Positions 16,834-25,256 of a stretch of 36,010 nucleotides of DNA are shown here, piece after piece. The notes below the pieces were generated by a model. It had not been told where the DNA came from and ran no database searches. It saw nothing but the letters and a program-made list of their open reading frames with translations. A program made the translations under genes and the position numbers. The stretch lies in the IMG/VR virus record IMGVR_UViG_3300025408_000007; one strand, given 5' to 3'. Numbering within the stretch: position 1 is the stretch's first letter; the number at the start of each line of letters is the position of its first letter. This DNA is from a virus.

Positions 16834-17643
16834 ATGACAACCTCTAGCACACCCCTCACTCACCTCTCGCTCTACTCAGGTATTGGGGGTATTGACCTCG
16901 CTGCGGAGTGGGCAGGGTTCAAGACCATCGGACAGGTTGAGAAGGACGCCTTTGCAAACAAGATACTAGCAAAGCATTGGCCGGGTGTGCCCCGATGGAA
17001 GGATATCAAGGATGTTGAAGTAGATGATGTCATTGGAAAAACTGGAATCAGATCACCGACCCTCATCTCTGGTGGCTTTCCGTGCCAGCCGTTCAGCAGC
17101 GTCGGACTCAAACGAGGCAAAGATGACCCTCGTTACCTCTGGCCGGAAATGCTTAGAATCGTGCGGGAGTACCGGCCGTCTTGGGTTGTTGGAGAAAATG
17201 TTGCTGGACTCAAAGGACTGGCACTCGACCAAATCTGCTCTGACTTGGAGGATATCGGTTACGCCTACCGGGCGTTCAGTATTCCAGCTGGAGCCGTTGG
17301 AGCCGACCAACTCCGGAGAAGAATTTTTGTGGTTGCCAACGATGTTGGCCTGCGATCTAGAGAAGCCGCTCCGCAGAAGGTGTCCGTCAGAGCGCAGCAA
17401 ATCTCACGGGACAATGTTCGTTGCAGCAATGGGGGAACTGCTGTTGCCAAGCACCGAATCGTTCCGCTCTCAATGTGGACGGGAGTACCTAAACCCACAG
17501 TTAATAGAAATGGTGATGGGGTTCCCTACAGGGTGGACAGATGCGTTGCACTCGGAAACGCAGTTGTCCCTCAGCAAATATATCCAATCCTGAAAGGGAT
17601 TGCGGAGATCGAACAGATGGTAGAGAACAGAAGGGAGGACTGA
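16834..17643 (+). CDS. C5-cytosine DNA methyltransferase (compact, virus type)
   Basis: Motifs I (LYSGIGG), IV (GGFPCQPFS), VI (ENV), VIII (Q-x-RRRIF) and X (LGNAVVPQ). Confidence 0.95.
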   Translation: MTTSSTPLTHLSLYSGIGGIDLAAEWAGFKTIGQVEKDAFANKILAKHWPGVPRWKDIKDVEVDDVIGKTGIRSPTLISGGFPCQPFSSVGLKRGKDDPRYLWPEMLRIVREYRPSWVVGENVAGLKGLALDQICSDLEDIGYAYRAFSIPAGAVGADQLRRRIFVVANDVGLRSREAAPQKVSVRAQQISRDNVRCSNGGTAVAKHRIVPLSMWTGVPKPTVNRNGDGVPYRVDRCVALGNAVVPQQIYPILKGIAEIEQMVENRRED

Positions 17644-17646
17644 AAA

Positions 17647-17808
17647 ATGGTTTACGAATTTGACGATGGAGAACTAATATCAGACCACTCTAAGTGGGTT
17701 AAAGTCTGCGACACCTGCGGAGAAGTGATTGTGTACGAAGCTGCCGACGAAGACGAGTTGTTATCGGGGCAGTACAAATGCCCGAGCTGCAAAACGACTC
17801 TCCGGTAG
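17647..17808 (+). CDS. Small Zn-ribbon protein (53 aa, not in ORF track)
   Basis: CDTC and CPSC pairs. Confidence 0.65.
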   Translation: MVYEFDDGELISDHSKWVKVCDTCGEVIVYEAADEDELLSGQYKCPSCKTTLR

Positions 17809-17817
17809 AGGAGTAAT

Positions 17818-18012
17818 ATGCACATTTATCAGAACGATGAAGGTGTCTTCTGCATGGCAACCGAAGTGAGATTATTACTCACCAAAGAGGCTTTAGCAGG
17901 AATTGAAGCACGGGCAAAAGACGGTGATGACCTCGCCAAGATGATCCTCGGCGGTATCGTGAAAGAAGAACAGGAACCGTATGATCCCGATGAGGATGAA
18001 GAGGATTGGTAG
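17818..18012 (+). CDS. Small acidic protein
   Basis: Bounded by junction motifs. Confidence 0.6.
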   Translation: MHIYQNDEGVFCMATEVRLLLTKEALAGIEARAKDGDDLAKMILGGIVKEEQEPYDPDEDEEDW

Positions 18013-18030
18013 AAAAGGAGAAGACAAATC

Positions 18031-18444
18031 ATGGACGATGAAACGTTTGAGATCATCAAGGCGGGCGCGGCTGACGCCCCACCGGAGCAGGCTCTATACC
18101 GCATCCAGCACACATACTCGGATGGCTCCGGGTCCCGGCTCAACGTAGATTGGGATGGGTTGCTCCGGCTGCATGAGGCGATCCATGACAGGATCGCTTT
18201 AGAGGGGCGAGTCTGTGAAACCTGTGGCACAAAGGGTTGCCACCGTCCGGCTACCTGGGAAATCGAGTGCCGAGGGGCTGGGGTTGCCAGCTGCCTGATC
18301 TACTCATGTGACGATCACTGCCCGGACCCGGCGATCCTATCGCCGCAGGACGAGATGCACAGGCTGGTAGAAAACCGCAACATAGAGCCGGAAAATGAGT
18401 TATCGAACCAAGTTCGTCAAAGTAAAGGAGATGAAAGAAAATGA
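18031..18444 (+). CDS. Apparent fusion protein with a Cys/His domain paralogous to 19381-19548
   Basis: C..C.T.GC...ATWEIE...CDDHCPDPAILSPQDE; internal junction motif at 18365. Confidence 0.65.
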   Translation: MDDETFEIIKAGAADAPPEQALYRIQHTYSDGSGSRLNVDWDGLLRLHEAIHDRIALEGRVCETCGTKGCHRPATWEIECRGAGVASCLIYSCDDHCPDPAILSPQDEMHRLVENRNIEPENELSNQVRQSKGDERK

Positions 18445-18800
18445 CATTACTCGAAGGATCTGACTGTCCAAAATGTATCTTCCACAAACACCCCAAGATA
18501 GGAGAATGCCCTATCTATGTGGCTGCCAACTACAACGAAGTTTGCCTCAGAATTGTTTGCTGTGACAATTTCAGACAGTTTACGCAGAGCCACGTTATCT
18601 TCACGCTCCGGGATCTTGAGATGGCGGAGCGCCACACTCGGGGCATTATCGGACACGAAGATATCGTTGACCGCCTCCAGTGGCTGCGTGAGAAACCCTT
18701 GTATGACCAGACCGTTACCCGCGAGGAATTGAGCGACACCGAGCGAGACCTCCTCGAAGACTACTGCCGGATAAAAGGAGAACTCATCCTTGATTCCTAA
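18441..18800 (+). CDS. Cys-rich hypothetical protein
   Basis: CPKC...CP...C...CCDNF; ATGA overlap. Confidence 0.6.
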   Translation: MTLLEGSDCPKCIFHKHPKIGECPIYVAANYNEVCLRIVCCDNFRQFTQSHVIFTLRDLEMAERHTRGIIGHEDIVDRLQWLREKPLYDQTVTREELSDTERDLLEDYCRIKGELILDS

Positions 18801-18826
18801 GTGGTAGAAAACAGGAAGGTGGACTG

Positions 18827-19006
18827 ATGGAAGATGCCAAAGAACTACTGGAAAAGATCGACCGTGCATTGATGCACGCTCAGGATCTCCTTGCAGACTC
18901 GCTCGACCACCACGGTGAGCGCGATCATGCCAAGATCCAAGAGGACATACTTGCGGCAATCTGTGCCCATGCGGCCCTCGAAACAAGGCTGGTAGAGGAG
19001 AGATAG
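18827..19006 (+). CDS. Small helical protein (59 aa, not in ORF track)
   Basis: MEDAKELLEK...LVEER. Confidence 0.6.
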   Translation: MEDAKELLEKIDRALMHAQDLLADSLDHHGERDHAKIQEDILAAICAHAALETRLVEER

Positions 19007-19008
19007 AG

Positions 19009-19146
19009 ATGGCGAGGTGCAAATATCAGAGCACAGATGGCAAAAAATGCTTCCGCCCCGGAGCGTCATTGAGGGTCTGTTGGCCCTACAACGAGCCCCC
19101 GATACGGCGTGAGCAGTGTAAACACTTCGTGGTAGAGGAGCGATAG
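19009..19146 (+). CDS. Small Cys-rich protein (45 aa, not in ORF track)
   Basis: Four Cys; ends VVEER. Confidence 0.55.
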   Translation: MARCKYQSTDGKKCFRPGASLRVCWPYNEPPIRREQCKHFVVEER

Positions 19147-19147
19147 T

Positions 19148-19366
19148 ATGGAACATCTAAGTCTCGGAAGACCTATCGAGGCGAGCCTCGGTCCTCGGTA
19201 TCGATGCCCGGTGTGCGGCCTTGACCTCTGGACTATCCTGGCCCCCTGGACCGGGTGGCAGGAGTGGTACAGGACCGAAGACGGGCGACGGCACTATAAA
19301 CACTCCTGCAACATCATGCGGGATGCCCACATCGCGTTTCGTCGGATGTTCGGGCAGGACTGGTAG
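19148..19366 (+). CDS. Small Zn-finger-like protein
   Basis: CPVC...HSC. Confidence 0.6.
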   Translation: MEHLSLGRPIEASLGPRYRCPVCGLDLWTILAPWTGWQEWYRTEDGRRHYKHSCNIMRDAHIAFRRMFGQDW

Positions 19367-19380
19367 AGGAGTGAAACACG

Positions 19381-19548
19381 ATGCCAAAATGCACAACGAG
19401 AGGATGCCGCCAGCTGGCGACCTGGGAAATCGAGATCCGCCGGGCCGGAGCGAAGTACGAGACATACTACGCCTGCGACGAGCATTGCCCGGATCCGGCG
19501 ATCCTATCGCCGCAGGACGAGATCCGCAGGCTGGTAGAGGGGCAATAG
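19381..19548 (+). CDS. Small Cys/His protein (55 aa, not in ORF track)
   Basis: MPKCTTRGCRQLATWEIE...CDEHCPDPAILSPQDE. Confidence 0.65.
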   Translation: MPKCTTRGCRQLATWEIEIRRAGAKYETYYACDEHCPDPAILSPQDEIRRLVEGQ

Positions 19549-19731
19549 ATGATCCATAAATGCGTGCTGTGTGGGAAGGAGGGCGAGTCCGAAGAAGAGC
19601 CTGTGGTGGGTTGGCAATATGTCGAGTGTGCCGATGGGGATATCTACCCCTATTGCCCCGATCACTCCGAGGGCGATATCCGCGCCGACCTGCTGGCAAG
19701 AGGTTACTCGGAAGGGCTGGTAGAGGAGTGA
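19549..19731 (+). CDS. Small Zn-binding protein
   Basis: CVLC...YCPDH. Confidence 0.6.
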   Translation: MIHKCVLCGKEGESEEEPVVGWQYVECADGDIYPYCPDHSEGDIRADLLARGYSEGLVEE

Positions 19732-19734
19732 AAG

Positions 19735-19923
19735 ATGATATTCACCGACGAGGAAGTTGAAAATATCAACAGGTATCAGCAATCCGGCAAATTCCACCCG
19801 CTAACCTGCGGGAACGGTCACGGAGACCTCATAGCAACAAATGATGGATTGATCTGCCCTGAGTGCGATTACCGGCAGACCTGGGTACATGGCTGGATTA
19901 AAAGCGGGGAATGGCCCTGGTAG
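19735..19923 (+). CDS. Small Zn-binding protein
   Basis: HPLTC...LICPECDY. Confidence 0.65.
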   Translation: MIFTDEEVENINRYQQSGKFHPLTCGNGHGDLIATNDGLICPECDYRQTWVHGWIKSGEWPW

Positions 19924-19934
19924 AGGAGTGAAGG

Positions 19935-20096
19935 ATGAAGGCAAAACTTAAGATCGAAGAGACCCGGGCCGGGTTCCGGTGCCGGGTCTGTGGCCGCCGG
20001 TTTAGGACCGAAGAGGCCGCGTTCGTCCACCAGTCATATGACTGCTCGCCGGATCTGCGACCGCTAGCTATCCGGTCTCATGTGGTAGAGGAGTGA
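19935..20096 (+). CDS. C2HC/C2H2-like Zn finger (53 aa, not in ORF track)
   Basis: CRVCGRRF...HQSYDC; ends VVEE. Confidence 0.65.
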   Translation: MKAKLKIEETRAGFRCRVCGRRFRTEEAAFVHQSYDCSPDLRPLAIRSHVVEE

Positions 20097-20365
20097 TGGC
20101 TAACCCTAACTCCCCTCTCTACCAGGTGGCGTTTGCGGCTCATCGGTGCGTCCGCTGCCGGACCCACTACGTCACGATCCCCGGCTCGATGTGCGGAGCG
20201 TGCGAGGACCACCTCATGAATCAGGCCCGGAAGGATGCAGTCGATTACTACATGCGGGCCGCCGGCCGGCGTCCGGGTGCTGCAATCACCGTGGGGGTGT
20301 GCCGACACGTGCAGGCCAAGCAAGCGCAGCCGGCGAACGCGACACTTGATCTATTTGGGTGTTAG
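20096..20365 (+). CDS. Zn-binding protein
   Basis: CVRC and CGAC pairs. Confidence 0.6.
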   Translation: MANPNSPLYQVAFAAHRCVRCRTHYVTIPGSMCGACEDHLMNQARKDAVDYYMRAAGRRPGAAITVGVCRHVQAKQAQPANATLDLFGC

Positions 20366-20428
20366 TCTATCGATACGGTAGAGTAATTCCCGGACCTATC
20401 ACTCCTCCCCCGAAGAATGATAGGCCAG

Positions 20429-20457
20429 CCCCCTTTTCTTTAAATCCTCTTTATTAC
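20429..20457 (+). terminator. Pyrimidine/oligo-T tract after the gene array
   Basis: CCCCTTTTCTTTAAATCCTCTTTATT-like tract, the usual form of archaeal intrinsic terminators. Confidence 0.45.
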
Positions 20458-20616
20458 ATCGAAGGCGTATCAAAAGCGCCTGGAAACTGATACTATCTCT
20501 TCCGCGTCAAACTGATAGATCCTCCTGCCCTCATTGTGAGGCACCGCCGGCCCGATCGTTTCTGCACACTCACTTTTATCGAGCATCAGTATAATATTCT
20601 GAATTTGTAAACTACC

Positions 20617-21116
20617 CTGTTAAGATTGCTCCGTTTCACGATCGGGCAAAATCTATCATCCATATCGCTTGACACTCCGAACGCATATATATGTCAAGTG
20701 AAAACTTGTCAAGTAAAGATGCTGTTAAATTTGCTCCGTTTCAGAATCGGAGCACCAATAACATACTAGTTGACACGTTGTCAAGCACACCCCTGTTCCG
20801 GCACTTGACATTCCCGTGGATCGCCCTCGCGGGCCGGAATGAAACCCCCTCGTTCTGACCTCATCCCCCACGAGGATCCGGGCCGGCCCCGGCGCCGCGT
20901 TCCGGCGAAACCCGGCCCACTCTCACAATTTCGCACTTCACCCGCTCCCCCGCCCCTCAGCAATTTCCGAACAGATGTCAAGTAAAATACATGGGGGGTG
21001 TTAGCGGGCCGCAAACCGCCCCGATACGGCAACGGCGCACGGGGAGGGAAAAAGGGATGTCAAGCACTGTCAAGCACTTGACAGGTTACAGAACAGGGGT
21101 CGTCAAGCACTTGACA
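20617..21116. repeat. Repeat-rich non-coding region: ~12 TGTCAAG/CTTGACA boxes and two ~33-bp palindromic repeats (candidate origin or res site)
   Basis: Boxes at 20668, 20692, 20707, 20770, 20779, 20804, 20976, 21058, 21068, 21077, 21102 and 21110; CTGTTAA..TTGCTCCGTTTCA..ATCGG at 20617 and 20722. Confidence 0.75.
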
Positions 21117-21132
21117 AAAGAGGGGGAGGGGA

Positions 21133-21762
21133 TCACTCAGGCACCGGCCGGCTCACGACCACGAGGCCAACCTCCTCTTGATCTCCTCTCCCCTCTTTCT
21201 TCCTCTTGTAAAATGTCGGGAGGGCATACCCGCACACGATGGCCGCCGCCCGCTCGGACAGCCCCTTTCCCTTCCAGTGCTCGATCTTTCCCCAATCGAT
21301 CTCGACCCGCTTCCGACCGATCTGTTTCCCCTGAGCCCTGGCCCGAGCCAACCCCGCCTTCGTATCCTCCTGGATCTTCTTCCTCTGGAGGTCGGCACCA
21401 AGCGTCACAGCCGAGGTGAGGAGGGGCTGAAGTTCCGGTTGAGCATTCAGGACGAACTCATCAAGTTTATTCAGCGAGATAACTTTGATACCCGCATCCT
21501 GCAGCCGCCATATCTCCTGCAGGGTCCCCTTCGCATCCCTGCCGAGGCGGGAGAGGTCGGTAACGTACAACTCCTGCACATCCCCGGTATTAAGCAGCGC
21601 GATCATCTGCTTGTACCCGGGCCGCTGTTCGGGATCCTTCGCCCCACTCACCCCTTGGTCGCGGAAGATCAGGTGTTCAGGGACCCCGACCTCCCGAAGC
21701 TGTTTGAGCTGCCGACCCATGTCCTGGCTGTCTTGCGAGGTCCGTGCGTATGCTATTTTCAT
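21133..21762 (-). CDS. Serine recombinase (resolvase/invertase family) with C-terminal HTH
   Basis: IAYARTS...DQGVSG...RPG...VTDLSRLGRD...RTKAGL-like...GKQIGR; start placed at MKIAYARTS. Confidence 0.93.
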   Translation of the reverse strand: MKIAYARTSQDSQDMGRQLKQLREVGVPEHLIFRDQGVSGAKDPEQRPGYKQMIALLNTGDVQELYVTDLSRLGRDAKGTLQEIWRLQDAGIKVISLNKLDEFVLNAQPELQPLLTSAVTLGADLQRKKIQEDTKAGLARARAQGKQIGRKRVEIDWGKIEHWKGKGLSERAAAIVCGYALPTFYKRKKEGRGDQEEVGLVVVSRPVPE

Positions 21763-22107
21763 ACTTAGTATCAATCTCCACCTTTGATATAGTATATCTG
21801 CTATCAAAAAGCATATACGTTTCGATAGTGTACGAATGGTCGTTTGATAGAGTGTCACCGAAGGCCCACTTTTGTTAAAACTGAATTATTTGAGTGTCGG
21901 CCAAAAGTGCGGTATATCGAGATGGGCGCAGGCAGAACCTAGATGTGATCCGGACGGTTCACTTTTACCACAAAACAGAACCCTGTTTTACCCTCTCAGG
22001 AAGGAACCAAATCAGAAAAGGACAATCTCTTATCGGGACACCCAGAGATAAAGGTTTTGGAATCGGAGAGGAAAGGTAATATATTATGCGTGTGTATGTG
22101 TGTGTGT

Positions 22108-22239
22108 ATGCAATCAAAGAAACCAAAGTGTCCGCGCTGTGAAAGTGGGACTGTGTATGTCCGGAAGGACGGATCGCTTGTGTGCCGCCGATGTGGATAC
22201 GATTCAACGAGGGATGAGCATGAAGATAAGGATCAGTAA
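22108..22239 (+). CDS. Small Zn-ribbon protein
   Basis: CPRC...VCRRCGY. Confidence 0.6.
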   Translation: MQSKKPKCPRCESGTVYVRKDGSLVCRRCGYDSTRDEHEDKDQ

Positions 22240-23266
22240 GATCGACGACTCAGCCTTCACCGTCCGGGAGAAGTTAAACCAAGAGCCGCTCGATGAGCTG
22301 AAAGAATCGCTCAAAGAGGATGGCCAGTGGGACCCGATCATCGTCCGGCAGAAGGGGGAGCGATACGAGGTCATCGCCGGACACCGCCGCGTGCAGGCCG
22401 CTAAGGAATTGGGGTGGGTTGAGATCGACGCGACGGTTAGGGATATTGATGAGACCGAAGCGTTGTTCCTTGCGCTGAAAACAAACCTAATTCGCGAAGA
22501 GATGTCTCCAAGGGAGCAGGGTAAAGTACTTCATCAGATTGTCACCATACTCGATATCAGCCAAAGGGAACTTGCTCGGAGAATTGGAAAAGGGGAAACG
22601 TGGGTGAGAGATAGGATAAAATCTGCCATTGATCTTCATCCTGATGTGATCAAGGCCGTCGATGAGAAAAAAATTACGTGGGCCGTCGCATCGAGAGTGA
22701 TCGCCACTTTACCTCTGCGCTCCCAGAGCGCATTTTTAATATATTTATTAGATAATAAAATAACTGGGGATGACGATGCACGGAAAGCACTTCGCCGTTT
22801 CCTCAACGACACCCTCTACACGGTCGGTTATGAGGGTAAATCTCTCGACCAGTTCCTAACTATCCTCAAGACAAATAAGATCGATACTCTGATCGATGTT
22901 CGCTTCTCTGTCGAGAGCCAGTACAAACCGGAGTTCAGCGGCAACCTCCTCGCCAGGGAGCTCCAGCGGAACGGGATCAAGTATGCCCACCGGAAAGAGT
23001 TCGGGGTCCCATACGAGTGGCAGAACCCTTACAAAGAGGGGGCCATACCGTTCGAATGCCTGGATAAATATTATCGGTGGAACGTCAAGAAGAACACCGA
23101 CTTTAAAGCGTTCCTCGATGGTGTCAAGGAGAACGGGAAAACCGCCCTGATGTGCTACGAGCGATATGCAACCGCAAAGAGGGAACAGACCATATCCTGC
23201 CATCGGTCCATCCTAGCGGCCATCATGCAGGAGACAGGGGAGTTTAAGGAGGTCGTCCATTTATGA
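22220..23266 (+). CDS. ParB/Srx N-terminal domain fused to a DUF488-like domain
   Basis: LKESLKEDGQWDPIIVR...VIAGHRRVQA...NLIREEM (ParB); LYTVGYEG...LIDVRF...LMCYER...CHRSIL (DUF488 pattern). Confidence 0.85.
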   Translation: MKIRISKIDDSAFTVREKLNQEPLDELKESLKEDGQWDPIIVRQKGERYEVIAGHRRVQAAKELGWVEIDATVRDIDETEALFLALKTNLIREEMSPREQGKVLHQIVTILDISQRELARRIGKGETWVRDRIKSAIDLHPDVIKAVDEKKITWAVASRVIATLPLRSQSAFLIYLLDNKITGDDDARKALRRFLNDTLYTVGYEGKSLDQFLTILKTNKIDTLIDVRFSVESQYKPEFSGNLLARELQRNGIKYAHRKEFGVPYEWQNPYKEGAIPFECLDKYYRWNVKKNTDFKAFLDGVKENGKTALMCYERYATAKREQTISCHRSILAAIMQETGEFKEVVHL

Positions 23267-24018
23267 AGGAACGCCTCCTCCTTCTTTGCATGACATACCC
23301 AACAGAAAGCCGGAAGTATGGCTCGTCTGTGTGTATGGCTGGGATTACGGACGAGGGGGAGTTCCGCAGGATTTATCCTGTTCCATACGAGGTATTCAGA
23401 AACAGAAAAGACCGATTTAAGAAGCGCCACTACATCGAGTATGAGATCAGGGAGAAAGGGGATTACAGGAAAGAGAGTTTCAAGGTCTATCCTGAATCCA
23501 TCCGCGTTCTCTCTGATGAGGTTGATTACGACGAAGGGATCAGGGTTATCGGGCAGCGACATGCCAGCACCCTGGAGGATCTTCAACTCGCATGGAAAGA
23601 AGATCGAACCTCCCTTGGAATAATCAAACCTGCCCTTCTTGATATGAAAGTGATCGGAAATAAACAATCCGATACAACTATTCAGAGCACACTCAACGAC
23701 GGCGGCATAATGCCGGAAATGCTCAAACACTCCTTTATCTACCACTTCCATTGCTCTGAATCATGCAGCTACATCCATAAGTGCAGTTGTCTGGACACTG
23801 AGATCGGGCAACTCTACAGGAAATTAAAGAAAGTCAATTCACTCGACCTTGCAGCCGCAAAAGTAAAAGACCGTTTTGTCACGTGGATGAAGGAGACTCG
23901 TGAGCCCTACTTCATGATGGGCACCCACTCCTACCACCCCAATAAATGGATGGTGATCTCCGTGCTCTACCCGAAGAAGAGAAATCAAACTTCTTTGGGT
24001 GTGTTCGGCGGGGGGTGA
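23263..24018 (+). CDS. Dual-OB-like protein of the type found next to DUF488 genes
   Basis: VCMAGI...FRRIYP...SLGIIKP pattern; ATGA-coupled to the DUF488 gene. Confidence 0.55.
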   Translation: MKERLLLLCMTYPTESRKYGSSVCMAGITDEGEFRRIYPVPYEVFRNRKDRFKKRHYIEYEIREKGDYRKESFKVYPESIRVLSDEVDYDEGIRVIGQRHASTLEDLQLAWKEDRTSLGIIKPALLDMKVIGNKQSDTTIQSTLNDGGIMPEMLKHSFIYHFHCSESCSYIHKCSCLDTEIGQLYRKLKKVNSLDLAAAKVKDRFVTWMKETREPYFMMGTHSYHPNKWMVISVLYPKKRNQTSLGVFGGG

Positions 24019-24187
24019 TAAACTATGGGTAATATAACCTTATCAGAAGCGGATCTACTATGACAGGTAACAACCGAAAGATCGCACAGTTGAAAACTTA
24101 CTTTTGCTAAAACAAGGGTGCTTTCGACGACGCCGATTGAAGAAAATTTGAGAATGTCGACAGGGGCGGTACGGCATCCCGGCAAAT

Positions 24188-24757
24188 TTGCCGGGAGGCT
24201 GGATCCAGTCTGCGCGCAACCACTCAATACTCCTCGTCCCCCCCGCTCCACCGGGGGCACTCCGGGTGTTGCTCAAAGAGTGGAAGGGGGGCCAGGCAAC
24301 CCCCACACAACCAGAAACGCTCCGCATCGAGAACGACGGCCCCGATATCGCCGAAACGAACTACTGGGAAACAGAGTGGGCCGATCGAGGCATCATCACG
24401 CTCTCCCTCAACGCCCGCACGTTCCGGATCCTCCTCCCGGACAGCATGGCCGGGCAGGTCGCCGACATGCGGACCGGGAAGACCATCATCATCTCGAAGG
24501 GCACCATCTCCAAAGGAAAGCACCGGGGGAAACTCGGGTATGAAGTGCTCTTCGACGACGGCACCGATACCCCGTACTCCCTCCTCCTTGATGGTCAGCA
24601 GATGGTCAGCCCACACCCGGCCGACAGCGAGCACGGGCAGGAGGTCCGGGTCTCCGTCTGGACCCGAGGCCCTCGGCGCGTGCTTGACGCCCCCGCCCGG
24701 TTCCGGGTCGTCTCCCGGTTGCCCTGCCTGCAGCCATGGGCGCAAGAGAAAGATTAA
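24188..24757 (+). CDS. Conserved hypothetical protein of plasmid/ICE type; start uncertain
   Basis: IENDG..I..TNYWETE...SLNA..FRILLPD...VLFDDGTDTPY pattern, recalled from mobile-element hypothetical proteins. Confidence 0.6.
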   Translation: MPGGWIQSARNHSILLVPPAPPGALRVLLKEWKGGQATPTQPETLRIENDGPDIAETNYWETEWADRGIITLSLNARTFRILLPDSMAGQVADMRTGKTIIISKGTISKGKHRGKLGYEVLFDDGTDTPYSLLLDGQQMVSPHPADSEHGQEVRVSVWTRGPRRVLDAPARFRVVSRLPCLQPWAQEKD

Positions 24758-24875
24758 ATGCCAACAAAATCAGAAGAGTATCTTGCGGTGCATAAATCCT
24801 CCCCGAAAAGGATGAGGCCGCCTTGAGTGCGGGTGGGACGAAGTAGGGGAGGGAGTGCCGGCAATTTTACTACCC

Positions 24876-25247
24876 TCAAACGCCGCTGCCAAAAACCTCT
24901 GCATTTTTCCCACATTTTGGGCAAGGGACGGTATCTAGATCCTCCTGGCCGTCCGCCAGTCGGTACGAATGGTAGATCTCACATCTCTTGCAGTATACCA
25001 CTCGATTCAGGGGATCCTCCTCTAGAAACCGAATTAATTTCTCCCCCTCTTTCACTCCTGCATACTGTCGGGCGCTCCCTCGCTTGACGAGCGCCCGAAA
25101 CTCAGGATCACTCACATACCTGTTGCGCCGGTACTCGCCGACGCATTCGCGGCACCATGACGATCTGACCACCGTGTGCCCTTTTCGGGGGCTAAACTCG
25201 CTAATGGGTCGCTCCCGCCCACACCGGGTACAGGTTTTCGTCTCCAT
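24876..25247 (-). CDS. Double Zn-ribbon protein
   Basis: KTCTRC...EF...WCREC and CKRC...CPKC. Confidence 0.6.
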   Translation of the reverse strand: METKTCTRCGRERPISEFSPRKGHTVVRSSWCRECVGEYRRNRYVSDPEFRALVKRGSARQYAGVKEGEKLIRFLEEDPLNRVVYCKRCEIYHSYRLADGQEDLDTVPCPKCGKNAEVFGSGV

Positions 25248-25256
25248 AGCGTCCCC

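Larger units (their letters stand above)
16472..20386 (+). repeat. Dispersed junction repeat (T/C)GGTAGA(GGAGTGA), 15 copies
   Basis: Copies start at 16472, 16819, 17618, 17803, 18007, 18365, 18802, 18990, 19130, 19361, 19532, 19718, 19918, 20083 and 20376; six are exact TGGTAGAGGAGTGA. Confidence 0.92.

Noticed and set aside
16472-20386. CRISPR array interpretation of the repeated motif
   Set aside because: The repeat is only 7-14 bp, the spacing varies from about 140 to 800 bp, the intervening DNA is coding, and there are no cas genes.
20830-20920. Hammerhead ribozyme
   Set aside because: A stem followed by GAAAC is present, but the CUGANGA core is missing.
22088-22107. (GT)n tract as a phase-variation switch
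   Set aside because: It is short, interrupted, and upstream of the likely ATG at 22108, so slippage would not shift a frame.
24876-25247. HNH homing endonuclease
   Set aside because: The N-terminal Zn ribbon resembles those found before HNH domains, but no HNH catalytic motif follows.
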